Shown in pieces: positions 1 to 9,676 of a stretch of 64,000 nucleotides of DNA. The DNA is from an uncultured Pseudomonadota bacterium (GTDB taxonomy: Bacteria > Myxococcota_A > Polyangia > Fen-1088). The notes beneath the pieces are model-generated. The model searched no databases. It saw nothing but the letters and a program-made list of their open reading frames with translations, and was not told the DNA's origin. The position numbers and the translations under genes are program-made. Each line of letters begins with the position of its first letter. The first letter of the stretch is position 1. The stretch spans positions 1,945,554-2,009,553 of the forward strand of contig CAVZYM010000005.1 in assembly GCA_963779495.1 (NCBI GenBank), written 5' to 3'.

Positions 1-1
1 C

Positions 2-1129
2 GAGGACGACGACGCGTCCGACCTCAAGGAGGTGTGGCGTGATCTGCTGCAGGTCGGGTTCTCGGCCGCCGAGATCACGAGCCACGTCCTGCGGGAGAAT
101 GTGGACGCCGACAGTGACGATCAGAGCGGCGCGATGCTGGCATTCGCCGACCTCCAGTGGAAAGCCGGCCTGCTGCAACCGCGGGTTCGTCGGCGGGCGC
201 TCCAGATCATAGACGGCGAGATCGATCTCGCGCGCTGGCCGGACCCGGAGCCCCGCGAGCAACGGCGACGGCTGCTGGTCGGCCTGGGGCGCCGCCTGCG
301 GTCACCGATGCCGGCGGCGCGACCGGTTCGTCTTCGCCACCCGTGCGACTGGAAGTGGGGCGAGCACGTGTTGTGGCGTACCGCGGATGGTGGCTCGGCC
401 GCCCTGCGCGTCGTGGGATTCGACCGGAAGTACGGCGGCGGCGGGTCGCCGGTGTTCGAGCTGGTCGGGGCCTACGGGCCACGCGTCCGACCCGGGCCCA
501 AGGAGCTGCGCGAGGCCAGGCCTCGCACCGCGGAGAACCGGCTGACCCTGTCCAGCGGCCGTCGCTGGCAGGGGACGCGATTCGCCGTCGGCATGTTCGA
601 ACCGGGAAGCTACCAGGCGGCCCGCGTGCAGCGACTCTCGTCGACCGCTGCGGGCCGGCGTTTGCCGGTGCCGCGGGGTGTCCTCGGGACGCGCTGGGAC
701 GGGCTCGACGGCTTCCTGTTCCGAGCCTTCGATCTCCCGTGGCCGCGGGGAACGATCCTGCGCGTGGCGAACGGCGGCGCGCCGATCTTGTTGGTCGTCG
801 TCGACATTGGCGGCTGGAATACCGATCCGGAGACCTTGTGCGCAGTGGTCGATGAACGCGGCGAGGTCGGAAGAACGGCCGAGACGCTCCGCCGCGTCCG
901 CGCCCGCATCGTCGACCCCGGCAGTCTTCCGTCGCTGGCGAAGCACCGCCGTCAGTTCGGGGTGCGGGATCTCGACGAACGGATCCCCTACCGGGTCCGG
1001 CTGCGGGGCCATGCGCCCTCCGGCGTGCAGGTCGTGGGACGCCAGAGGATCCAGCCAGCCACGGCGCATGACGCGATCATCTCGTGGGCAGAGCTCGGTT
1101 CAGCCGTGGTCCCTCCCGGCCAGACGTAA
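2..1129 (+). CDS. hypothetical protein, 5' partial (frame open to window edge)
   Basis: ORF track 32..1129. The same frame has no stop back to nt 2. Composition is balanced, unlike the Arg/Pro-rich overlapping frames. No family recognised. Confidence 0.55.
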   Translation, partial: EDDDASDLKEVWRDLLQVGFSAAEITSHVLRENVDADSDDQSGAMLAFADLQWKAGLLQPRVRRRALQIIDGEIDLARWPDPEPREQRRRLLVGLGRRLRSPMPAARPVRLRHPCDWKWGEHVLWRTADGGSAALRVVGFDRKYGGGGSPVFELVGAYGPRVRPGPKELREARPRTAENRLTLSSGRRWQGTRFAVGMFEPGSYQAARVQRLSSTAAGRRLPVPRGVLGTRWDGLDGFLFRAFDLPWPRGTILRVANGGAPILLVVVDIGGWNTDPETLCAVVDERGEVGRTAETLRRVRARIVDPGSLPSLAKHRRQFGVRDLDERIPYRVRLRGHAPSGVQVVGRQRIQPATAHDAIISWAELGSAVVPPGQT

Positions 1130-1183
1130 CGTGTCGATCTGATGGCGCCCCGCTCGTCGTCCTCGTAGAGAGAGGGACCGGCG

Positions 1184-2746
1184 ATGGAGAAGATAGAGGC
1201 GGGACGCAGCGAACCGCCGCTGGCGGGGCGCAAGGAATGGATCGGGCTGGGGGTGATCGCGCTCCCCTGTCTGCTGTACTCGATGGATCTGACGGTGCTG
1301 AATCTGGCGCTGCCACGGATCAGCGAGGCGCTGCGGCCGAGCAGCACCGAGCTGCTCTGGATCGTCGACATCTACGGGTTCCTGGTGGCCGGGTGCCTCA
1401 TCACCATGGGGACGCTGGGTGACCGCATCGGGCGCCGCCGGCTGTTGATGATCGGCGCGGTGACGTTCGGGGCCGCCTCCGTGGTGGCGGCGTTCGCGCC
1501 CACCGCCAAGACGTTGATCGCCGCCCGCGCGCTCCTCGGGATCGCCGGCGCGACACTCGCGCCGTCGACGCTGTCGCTGATCCGGAACATGTTCCTCCAC
1601 CCGCGCCAGCGGACGGTGGCGATCGGTGTCTGGACGACCGCGTTCTCCGTCGGCGGCGCGATCGGGCCGGTGCTGGGCGGCTTCATGCTGCAGTACTTCT
1701 GGTGGGGCTCGGTGTTCCTGCTGGCGGTGCCGGTGATGGTGCTGCTGCTGGTGCTGGGGCCGCTCTTGCTCCCCGAGTACCGCGACCCCGCACCGGGGCG
1801 GCTCGATCCGAAGAGCGCCGGCCTGTCGCTGGTGGCGGTGCTGGCGGCGATCTACGGCGTGAAGGTCTGGGCCGAGACCGGCATCGGTGGGTTGTCGCTG
1901 CTGACGATCCTCGCCGGCGTGCTGCTGGGGGTCACGTTCGTGCGCCGGCAGCAGCGCCTGGCCGATCCGCTGATCGACCTGCGGCTGTTCCGGGTGCCGG
2001 CGTTCCGCGTGTCGCTGGCGACGTTCGTGGCGACGACCGCGGTGGTGTTCGGGATCTACATCTACGTCGGCCAGTACATGCAGCTCTGCCTCGGCCTCAC
2101 GCCGTGGGCTGCCGGGCTCTGGCTGCTCCCCGGTGCGGTCTGCGTCACCATTGGTTCGATGCTGGCGCCGGCGATCGTGCGGCGGGTGCACCCGGCCTAC
2201 GTGATGGGGGCGGCGCTGGCGCTGGCGGCGATCGGGCTCGTGGTCTTCTCGCAGGTGGGCCGCCTCGGTCTGGCCGGGATCGTCGGCGGCTCGGCGGTGC
2301 TCTACCTGGGGCTCGGCCCGTTTTTCACGCTGGGAACCGATCTGATCGTCAGCGCCGCGCCCCCCGAGCGGGCCGGCGCCGCGGCGGCGATCTCGGAGAC
2401 CAGCGCCGAGCTGGGGGGCGCGGTGGGGATCGCGGTGCTCGGCAGCGTCGGGACGGCGATCTACCGTTCCGCGATGGTGGGGAGGCGCCCCGACGGCGTC
2501 CCGCCGGAGGCGTTCGAGGCGGCCCGCGACACACTGGGGGGCGCGACCGCGGCGGCCGCCCAAATGCCCGGAAACAGGGGCGAACAGCTGGTCGAGGCCG
2601 CGCGCGACGCCTTCACCCACGCATTCGCCCTGACCGCGGGGATCTGCGCCGCGATCGCCGCCGTCACCGCGGTCGCCGCGCTGATATTGCTGCGCCGGGT
2701 CGGCCGGCAGACGGCCCCGATCGCCGACGCTCTGCCTGGCGAGTAG
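1184..2746 (+). CDS. MFS transporter, DHA2 (EmrB/QacA-like) family
   Basis: 520 aa with many hydrophobic spans. Has MFS motif-A-like GTLGDRIGRRRLLMIG. N-terminus LDLTVLNLALPRI is typical of 14-TMS drug:H+ antiporters. Confidence 0.85.
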   Translation: MEKIEAGRSEPPLAGRKEWIGLGVIALPCLLYSMDLTVLNLALPRISEALRPSSTELLWIVDIYGFLVAGCLITMGTLGDRIGRRRLLMIGAVTFGAASVVAAFAPTAKTLIAARALLGIAGATLAPSTLSLIRNMFLHPRQRTVAIGVWTTAFSVGGAIGPVLGGFMLQYFWWGSVFLLAVPVMVLLLVLGPLLLPEYRDPAPGRLDPKSAGLSLVAVLAAIYGVKVWAETGIGGLSLLTILAGVLLGVTFVRRQQRLADPLIDLRLFRVPAFRVSLATFVATTAVVFGIYIYVGQYMQLCLGLTPWAAGLWLLPGAVCVTIGSMLAPAIVRRVHPAYVMGAALALAAIGLVVFSQVGRLGLAGIVGGSAVLYLGLGPFFTLGTDLIVSAAPPERAGAAAAISETSAELGGAVGIAVLGSVGTAIYRSAMVGRRPDGVPPEAFEAARDTLGGATAAAAQMPGNRGEQLVEAARDAFTHAFALTAGICAAIAAVTAVAALILLRRVGRQTAPIADALPGE

Positions 2747-2808
2747 CGCCGGCGCTCTGCGCGGATCTTTAACGGACTTTTGACGCGCGGCGCGTTTAGA
2801 GTTCCGCC

Positions 2809-3963
2809 GTGGCACGCATTCCCACGCTCGACGGGTTCCGGGCGATCTCGATCCTTCTGGTGATCCTCTACCACTCGTTCCGGACGCGGGGTTTTCCGTC
2901 GCCGCCGGTGCTCTATCCCTGGCTGCGCTGGCTGGGCGAGCTCGGGGTGCGCGTCTTCTTCGTCATCTCCGGCTACCTGATCACCGGCATTTTGCTGCGC
3001 GAGCTGCGCGACACCGGGAGGATCGCGATCGTTCGCTTCTACTTTCGCCGGACTCTGCGGCTCTTCCCCGCGTTCTACGCCTTCCTGACCGTGGTGGCGC
3101 TGCTGGTGGCGTTCGGTCTGATCCGGCTGAATCCGGGAGACCTGCGCAGCGCCGCGACGTACACGATGAACTATCACCCGGAGCCCAGCTGGTGGTTGAT
3201 TCACTGCTGGTCGCTGTCGGTCGAGGAGCAGTTCTATCTGTTGTGGCCCGCGCTCCTGATGCTGCTCGGGGGGCGCCGCGGTCTCGCGGCCGCGGTGATC
3301 TTCGTGCTCGCCGGACCGTTCATCCGCTACACGAACGTGCATCTGCTTCGGGCCGACCTGCGGATTCACGACACGACCTTCGGGACGATCGGCGACGCGA
3401 TCGCGATGGGCTGCGTGCTGGCCGGGTTCCGCGACCGGGTGGGCGAGCTGCCGCTCTACCGCCGCTACGTCGGGTCGGCCGCGGCGCTCTGCGGCCCGGC
3501 GCTGGTCGTCGTCGCCTACGTCGCCGACGTCGTCTCCTGGCAGGCGCGTACCTCCTTCGGCCCGTCGGCGCTGAACCTGGGAATCGCCCTCTGTCTCGAT
3601 TGGTGCCTGCGCAATCCCGGCAGCGCGGTGGGGCGTTTCCTGGACTCGCGGCCGATGGTCGCGCTCGGTGTGGGCAGCTACTCGCTCTACTTGTGGCAAG
3701 AGCTGTTCCTCAACTTCCACCACACCGGCCCCCTGCAGCGCTTCCCCCTGAACGTCGCCTGCGCCGCGGTCGTAGGCGCCGTGTCGTACTTCGCGATCGA
3801 GCGCCCCTCCCTGCGCCTGCGGGCCCGCATCGAGCCGCGGCTGTTCGCCCGCGGCGAAACGGCGAAGAATCGGCGCGAAGCTCGAACGGGGGCCCCGGCT
3901 GTTCATCCAGACCCGCAGCAACAGCCTGAGGCTCAACTGCGACTCCCTCCACCACAGCTGTAA
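2809..3963 (+). CDS. acyltransferase family 3 membrane protein (OafA-like)
   Basis: Has LDGFRAISILLVILYHS and FFVISGYLIT motifs and about 10 hydrophobic spans. Confidence 0.85.
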   Translation: MARIPTLDGFRAISILLVILYHSFRTRGFPSPPVLYPWLRWLGELGVRVFFVISGYLITGILLRELRDTGRIAIVRFYFRRTLRLFPAFYAFLTVVALLVAFGLIRLNPGDLRSAATYTMNYHPEPSWWLIHCWSLSVEEQFYLLWPALLMLLGGRRGLAAAVIFVLAGPFIRYTNVHLLRADLRIHDTTFGTIGDAIAMGCVLAGFRDRVGELPLYRRYVGSAAALCGPALVVVAYVADVVSWQARTSFGPSALNLGIALCLDWCLRNPGSAVGRFLDSRPMVALGVGSYSLYLWQELFLNFHHTGPLQRFPLNVACAAVVGAVSYFAIERPSLRLRARIEPRLFARGETAKNRREARTGAPAVHPDPQQQPEAQLRLPPPQL

Positions 3964-4060
3964 CCCGTTGAGCTCGGAGCGGCACCGCCGCTCCCCGTTC
4001 GGGCGATCACGCCGGCGAACGCCATCTTGAATTAGCGATCGTTGACGTCCGTCGCGGGCG

Positions 4061-4519
4061 TCAGTCGCGTTTGGGGCCGCGGCAGGTCGGCGACGCGGCG
4101 TCGGGCTTCAGGACCCAGCCACCGCCGGGCGCGCGCTCGCGAAACTCTTCCCGGTACTCGCTGCGCGCGTCGGGGCGCAGCAGCTCGCAGGGATCGAACC
4201 AGTGAACCGTGCGCACGGCATCGAGCAGCGGCGGCAGTGGGCCCGCGAACGCGGCGTTGTCGGGGCAGCGGTGGTGCCACAGGGCCCCGCGCTCCGGCAC
4301 GGCGTCGAAGCAGAGGACCTCCTTCACGCCGCCGTTGCAGTTCGTGGCGACGACCAGCACTGGGCCCGGTAGCGACTTCGGTTCACCGACGCGCAGCACG
4401 ATGTCGTGGTGAAACTCCCCCTGCTGCCAGTGCTCGAGCAGGTCGTACCCTGCGAACGTCGCCCCCACCTCCGACAGCAGCGAGCCCAGCGAGAGTTGCC
4501 GCGCGAGCACGTCGAGCAT
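4061..4519 (-). CDS. hypothetical protein
   Basis: 152-aa ORF with balanced composition that fits the gap between neighbours. No family recognised. Confidence 0.5.
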   Translation of the reverse strand: MLDVLARQLSLGSLLSEVGATFAGYDLLEHWQQGEFHHDIVLRVGEPKSLPGPVLVVATNCNGGVKEVLCFDAVPERGALWHHRCPDNAAFAGPLPPLLDAVRTVHWFDPCELLRPDARSEYREEFRERAPGGGWVLKPDAASPTCRGPKRD

Positions 4520-4598
4520 GAGCCGAGTTTAGCGCATCAGCCGAGCAGCGCTGCCGCCGTGCCCGATTGGCGGTACTCTAGTCAGACGGAGGGCGGCA

Positions 4599-5000
4599 AT
4601 GCGAAGACCGATCAGGATGGCTCTCGTAGCGATCTGCGTGGCCGGCGGGGCCTTGGTGACGGCGACGGCGGGTCTGTTCGGTCTTTCAATCCTGCGCCCG
4701 CATGGCTGCGGGTCGCATGGCTGTCGAAGGTCCGCTGTTCGGGAGGCGACGCTGCAGACCCGGGAGGGTCACCGCGCGGTGGCCAGGTTCGTCGCGCGCG
4801 AGGGGCGCTGTCCCACCGGAGAGGCCGAGCTGGTCGGGTCGGGCCTTCTTGGCAGCAGCCGCCCGGATCCGTGGGGGCGACCGCTGGAATACCTGTGCCA
4901 GCCGGCCGAGGATTTCTTGATCGTGGTTCGCTCGGCCGGGCCTGACGGCCGCTTCGAGACCAGCGACGACATCTGGCCGAAGAGCGCCGCCGAGCTCTGA
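4599..5000 (+). CDS. GspG-like (type II secretion pseudopilin C-terminal domain) protein
   Basis: N-terminal hydrophobic anchor, then DPWGRPLEY...SAGPDGRFETSDDIW, resembling the GspG C-terminal signature. No canonical prepilin cleavage motif seen. Confidence 0.6.
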   Translation: MRRPIRMALVAICVAGGALVTATAGLFGLSILRPHGCGSHGCRRSAVREATLQTREGHRAVARFVAREGRCPTGEAELVGSGLLGSSRPDPWGRPLEYLCQPAEDFLIVVRSAGPDGRFETSDDIWPKSAAEL

Positions 5001-5007
5001 CAGCGTC

Positions 5008-5901
5008 GTGATCTGGCCGATCGTCATCCTGGCGTCGGTCGTCGCGGCCGCCGCACCTGCCGCACCTGCCGCGCCGCCGGCGCCGCCCGCCCAGGTCGTT
5101 CCGGTCGCCAACCTGGCGCCCGGCACGCGGCGGCCTGTGGTGATCTTCCTGCACGGGCTCGGCGGCTCGGGGGCGCAGGCGCTGGCCGATCCGGCGATTC
5201 GCGCCTGGGCGGAGCAGGCGCGCGTCTTCCTCGTCGCGCCCGACGGGACGCTCGACCGGCAGGGGCGGCGGTTCTGGAACGCCGGCGGCGCCTGCTGCAA
5301 TTTCGATCGCCGCCCCGTCGACGATCTGGCCCGGCTCGAGACGCTGATCGACCACTGGCGCCAGCGGCCGGAGATCGATCCCGCGCGCGTGTACGTGGTC
5401 GGGTTCTCGAACGGCGGCTTCATGGCCCACCGGCTCGCCTGCTGGATGGACGATCGGCTGGCCGCCGTCGTCAGCGTCGCCGGGGCGGGGCGGATGCGCG
5501 AGGAGGCCTGCGCTGTCTCGACGTCGCTCGCGATCGTCGAGGCGCACGGCGACGCGGATCCGATCGTCCGTTACGAGGGGGGGCGTGTGTTCGACAGCCG
5601 CGAGCTGGACCTCCATCCGTCGGCGCCCGACACGATCCGCGACTGGGCGGCGCGGCTCGAATGCCCCGCTCGCCCGGGGCCGCGGACGACGACGGCCGAT
5701 CTCGATCCGCGCCTCCCGGGCGCCGAGACGAAGATCGAGAGCCACCGCTGCCTGCGCGGCGTCGCCGAGCTGTGGACCGTTCACGGCGGGGAGCACCGTT
5801 TGCTGACGCCGGCCCTGGTCTCCCGGATCGGCGCCTTCTTGCTGGCCCACCCCAAGGCGGCGACCAAGCCGCGCGAGTCGAAGCCGCGCAGGCACAGGTG
5901 A
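5008..5901 (+). CDS. alpha/beta hydrolase, PHB-depolymerase/esterase-like (LpqC-type)
   Basis: Signal-like N-terminus, VVIFLHGLGGSG, nucleophile elbow GFSNGG, and NAGGACCNF as in this esterase family. Confidence 0.7.
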   Translation: MIWPIVILASVVAAAAPAAPAAPPAPPAQVVPVANLAPGTRRPVVIFLHGLGGSGAQALADPAIRAWAEQARVFLVAPDGTLDRQGRRFWNAGGACCNFDRRPVDDLARLETLIDHWRQRPEIDPARVYVVGFSNGGFMAHRLACWMDDRLAAVVSVAGAGRMREEACAVSTSLAIVEAHGDADPIVRYEGGRVFDSRELDLHPSAPDTIRDWAARLECPARPGPRTTTADLDPRLPGAETKIESHRCLRGVAELWTVHGGEHRLLTPALVSRIGAFLLAHPKAATKPRESKPRRHR

Positions 5902-5907
5902 CGGCGG

Positions 5908-6108
5908 CTAACGCGCCGGCGCTGGCGTGTCGCACAGCTTGCAGTCGAGCTGCTGGCCGAGGTGCGCCTGCCGCCCCTCGGCGGTCGTCACCCACGGGCG
6001 GAGGGTCCACGGCGGCCGGTGGCGGACGTGCTGGTTGTGCCCGCACGCAAGCTCCGCGACCCAGTCTTTCTGGTCGTCCTGATGGAATCCGACGATCGCC
6101 CGCAGCAC
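5908..6108 (-). CDS. DUF3565 domain protein
   Basis: 66 aa. GFHQDDQKDWVAELACGHNQHVRHRPPW matches the remembered DUF3565 core. Confidence 0.65.
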   Translation of the reverse strand: MLRAIVGFHQDDQKDWVAELACGHNQHVRHRPPWTLRPWVTTAEGRQAHLGQQLDCKLCDTPAPAR

Positions 6109-6130
6109 GGTGACACCTTAGAATGACCGC

Positions 6131-6688
6131 GTGCCGAAGCCGACCCCCAACCGGATGATCGCGCTTCTGCGCGGGATCAACGTCGGCGGCAACAAGCTGG
6201 TGCCGATGGCGGAGCTGCGCAAGCTGGCGGCCGGGCTCGGGTGGGGCGACGTCGCGACCTTCATCCAGAGCGGCAACCTCACCTTCACCGCCGCGGGGAC
6301 GACCGCCGCCGCGGAGGTGGCGCTGGAAGCGGCGCTCGCCCGCCGGTTCGGGTTCACCGTCGAGGTGATAGCGCGGACCCGCGCGGCCTGGCTGCGCCAC
6401 GCGGCCGGGAGCCCGTTCCCCGAGGCGGAGACCGACCACCCCAAGATGCTGCTGCTCGGCCTCGCCAAGCAGAAGCCGCGGGCCGACGCGGTGGAGACCC
6501 TGCGTCCGTACGCGACGGCGGGCGAGCGGATCGCCCTCACCGAGGGCGGCATCTGGATCGACTACAACGTGGGCATCGGCAAGTCGAAGCTGACGCCGGT
6601 GGTGCTCGATCGCGCGGTCGGCTCCACGGTGACCGCGCGCAACTGGCGCACCGTGCAGGCGCTCGCGACGCTGTCGGCCCCGCCCTGA
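6131..6688 (+). CDS. DUF1697 domain protein
   Basis: IALLRGINVGGNKLVPMAELR N-terminal signature. Confidence 0.75.
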   Translation: MPKPTPNRMIALLRGINVGGNKLVPMAELRKLAAGLGWGDVATFIQSGNLTFTAAGTTAAAEVALEAALARRFGFTVEVIARTRAAWLRHAAGSPFPEAETDHPKMLLLGLAKQKPRADAVETLRPYATAGERIALTEGGIWIDYNVGIGKSKLTPVVLDRAVGSTVTARNWRTVQALATLSAPP

Positions 6689-6905
6689 GGATTGATTGAT
6701 GGGCGCGTCGCCGACGCTCGCCCGCCTGGCGCGTCGCGCGTACGACTCCTTCTTACGCTGACCGCCGCGCGATCAGCCGTTGTCGCAGGCGCGGTGGCTG
6801 ATGCCCCGCGGAATCCAAGGGGCGCCCCCGCCAGCGCTTGCAGGGTCGCCCCGAGTATCCACGTTCCCTAGTGACCGAACGAACTACGACAGGAGGAACC
6901 CAATC

Positions 6906-7226
6906 ATGAGTCATTCGCTGTTTCACAAGGTCGTGCTGTTCGGGGCGCTGGCGCTCGCACCGGCCATCGCGCAGGCGGACGATGTCACCGACAAGGCCAG
7001 CGACACGGCCAACAAGGCCGGCGATTCGGCCAGCGACACGGCCAATCAGGCCGCGAGCAAGACCAACGAGGCCGCGGGCGACGTGAGTGACCAGACCAAG
7101 TCGGCCGCCGACAAGGCCAGCGACACCGCCGGCGACAGCTACGACAAGGCCAAGGACACGGGGAAGAGCGCCGGCGACAAGGCCAAGTCGACGACCGACG
7201 ACGCGACCAAAGACATGCAGCACTGA
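6906..7226 (+). CDS. small secreted low-complexity repeat protein (D/K/A/S/T-rich)
   Basis: AGGAGG lies about 9 nt upstream of ATG 6906. Signal peptide ends AIAQA. Carries repeated DKASDTA / NKAGDSASDTA units. Confidence 0.65.
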   Translation: MSHSLFHKVVLFGALALAPAIAQADDVTDKASDTANKAGDSASDTANQAASKTNEAAGDVSDQTKSAADKASDTAGDSYDKAKDTGKSAGDKAKSTTDDATKDMQH

Positions 7227-7499
7227 GGCTGCTGCCGCGCGCGGGATCCGGCGTCGGCCGTCACAGGTTGGCGCCGGAGCTCCGCGGCCGTTTCGTGGCC
7301 GCGCGGATTGACTTCGCGCGGCCATGTTTCGTCCGCGCAGTCGTCGCCGACCTGTGACGGCACGGGCCCTCGGCCGAGAGTGAATCAGTGCCTCTGGCGC
7401 AGCTCGCGAAGCTCAGGGTGCGCGGAATCATCTGAAGCGGGGGCCGGCGGGCGAACGCATGGGGCGGCGGGCAGGGCGTTGCGGAATGGGATCGTCGGA

Positions 7500-8735
7500 T
7501 TACCTCCCGGTGACGACGATGTCCGTTCGCCGGTTCTTGGCTCGACCCTCATCGGTGTCGTTGGAGGCGATCGGGTTCCCCTGGCCGAGCCCCGACGTCT
7601 CGATGCGCGAGGCCTCGACGCCGCGGTCGATGAGCATGCCGCGGACCGCGGTCGAGCGGGCATCCGACAGCTGCAGGTTCGACTCTGCGGTGCCGATGTT
7701 GTCGGTGTGGCTCTCGACCGCAATCGTCGCGGTCGGGTAGGCCTTCAGGATCGAAGCGACCTCATTCACCGTCGTCATCGACTCGGGCGTCAGCTGCGTC
7801 GAGGCGAACCCGAAGTTCATTGGCGACAGCGTGAAGCGCGCTGGCGTCGCGCCAGTGCCCGCCATGAAGGTCGCGAGGGCGTAGCTCGCCGACCCGCGGG
7901 GGAGCGACAGCGCGGTTCCGTTGGGGAGCGGGACCGCAATCCTCGGGAGCGGCTGAGCGACCTGGCTGGGGATGGCGCGCGGTGCTTCAGGCAGCACGAC
8001 CACCGTCGCCGGCCGCCGCAGACCGCGGAGCAGCGGGATGCCAATCAGCGCCAGCGCCGCCAGCAGCAGGACCGGGAGGATCCAGCCGGTCCGCCTCGGC
8101 CGCGGCAGCTCGCGGATCGCCGGACCGGTGGCGAAGCTCTCGCGCTGGGCGACGGTCCGTCCGGGCGTTGTTGGCGGCGCGATCACCTCGCTGCCGTGGG
8201 CGCGACCGTTGAAGAGCGACGCGACCGGACCCGGGAGCTTCTTCACGAACTCGCCGCGCTGCTGGCGGAACAGCGCCTGCAGCCCTTCGGGCCCCATCCG
8301 TCCGAAGTTGCGTCCCAGCGCGAGCAGCGCGGCGCCGGTCGCGCCGCCCAGCAGCTTGCGCGCCGACTCGGTCTTCACGCCGCTGGTGCGCGCGACGGCG
8401 TCCGCGAGCGGTCCGGCGCGATCGCCGGCCTCGGCGTCGAACAGGGTGACGCCCTCGTCGCGACCGATGCTCGAGTCGAAGCGCGAAGCGAGCGTGCCCT
8501 CGCCGGAGCGGCTGTCGACCTTGTGGATCACGTTCGTCAGGTGCTGGGCCCCATCCGTCGACGACGCGACGTCGGAGAGGGTCGTCAGCACCGACGGGAT
8601 TGACGTCGAAAGCGCCGAGCGCGTGCGGTCTTCGTTCTCGCCGAGCTGCGCGGCAGCCCTGTGAATGAGGTCGGGGGTGAGCTCGCGGCTGACGAGACCC
8701 AACAGTCCTGTGGGTTCGACTGCGCCATGCGACAT
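7500..8735 (-). CDS. OmpA-family protein with DUF937-like N-terminal region
   Basis: C-terminal OmpA_C signature (ESHTDNIGTAESNLQLSDARSTAV...NRRTDI). N-terminus LLGLVSRELTPDLIHRAAAQLGE. One TM segment. Start set at ATG 8735 because the upstream ORF extension looks like Arg/Pro junk. Confidence 0.8.
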   Translation of the reverse strand: MSHGAVEPTGLLGLVSRELTPDLIHRAAAQLGENEDRTRSALSTSIPSVLTTLSDVASSTDGAQHLTNVIHKVDSRSGEGTLASRFDSSIGRDEGVTLFDAEAGDRAGPLADAVARTSGVKTESARKLLGGATGAALLALGRNFGRMGPEGLQALFRQQRGEFVKKLPGPVASLFNGRAHGSEVIAPPTTPGRTVAQRESFATGPAIRELPRPRRTGWILPVLLLAALALIGIPLLRGLRRPATVVVLPEAPRAIPSQVAQPLPRIAVPLPNGTALSLPRGSASYALATFMAGTGATPARFTLSPMNFGFASTQLTPESMTTVNEVASILKAYPTATIAVESHTDNIGTAESNLQLSDARSTAVRGMLIDRGVEASRIETSGLGQGNPIASNDTDEGRAKNRRTDIVVTGR

Positions 8736-8871
8736 GAAACACCTCGCTTTCCGAGGCTGGCAGGCTGCATCTCGCGGGCCGGGCGGCGGCCGAGGTCGGC
8801 GCCGAACGGCGACCGTGGGCCGGCCTCGGGAATGCACGCTTTTGAGGCCGTGACTGACTAGGAGGTGGCCG

Positions 8872-9676
8872 ATGAGATGGACCCGAAACGATGTGCATGA
8901 CGGGATGTCCGTGACCAGCACGAAGGGGGACCGGCTCGGCAAGGTGATAAGCCGCAGCACGGAGACCTTCGTGGTCGAGAAAGGGGTCTTCTTCCCGAAG
9001 GACTACGAGCTTCGCTACGATCACATCACCGACATGGGGAGCGGCGGAATCACCTACTCGCTCTCGGACATCGAATCGCGGCTCGGACTGTCGGAGACAG
9101 AGCGGACCCGCGCCGCAGCGACCGCGGCGTCGGCGACGGCGGCCACCACGGCGCGCACCGCACCCGCGAGCCTGCGGTCCGAACCGCTGCGCTCCGAACC
9201 GCTCGCTTCTGGCAAGACGGCCACCAAGACGGAGGAGCTGCGCATCCCTCTGATGGAGGAAGAGATCGGCATCGAGAAGGTGTCCCGTGAGACCGGACAC
9301 GTGCGCATCCACAAGACGATCAAGACCGAGGAGAAGCACTTCAGCGTTCCGGTCACGCGTGAGGACGTCGTCATCGAACGCATCGCGGCCAGCAGCGACG
9401 AGCCGATGCTGCCGTCCGAATCCATGTACAAGGAGCAGGTCCTCGATGTTCCGCTGCACGAGGAGGAGGTGAAGGTGAGCAAGCGGTCACGCCTGCGCGA
9501 GCAGATGGTGGTCCGCACCGTCGTCGAGGCCGTACAGAAGGACGCCTCCGCCAACCTGCGCCACGAAGAGTGCGAGAATCGAGGACACCCGCGGCGACAC
9601 CCGCGCGGCGAAGTCCTCGAGCTGGAGCGGCCACACGCCCGAGATGGGCGGCTACACCGCCCCGACCCGACACTGA
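8872..9676 (+). pseudogene. PRC-barrel + DUF2382 (YsnF/AvaK-like) protein with apparent 1-nt frameshift near 9577 (or sequencing indel)
   Basis: Repeated EE.I.IEKV / EEEVKVSKR DUF2382-type units. After 9577 the +1 frame reads IEDTRGDTRAAKSS...TRH-stop (TGA 9674-9676) with about 33 of 36 codons ending in G/C. The literal ORF (to 9819) becomes Arg/Pro junk. Confidence 0.7.

Noticed and set aside
1100-2815. Very long antisense or alternative-frame ORFs: 1100..2815(-), the upstream part of 9371..11971(-), 19235..21373(-), 42330..43892(-), 50435..52630(-), 16251..18200(+)
   Set aside because: They are Arg/Pro/Gly/Ala-dominated with no recognisable motifs and lie opposite or out of frame to genes with clear family signatures. 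This is the typical stop-codon-poor shadow ORF of ~70% GC DNA.
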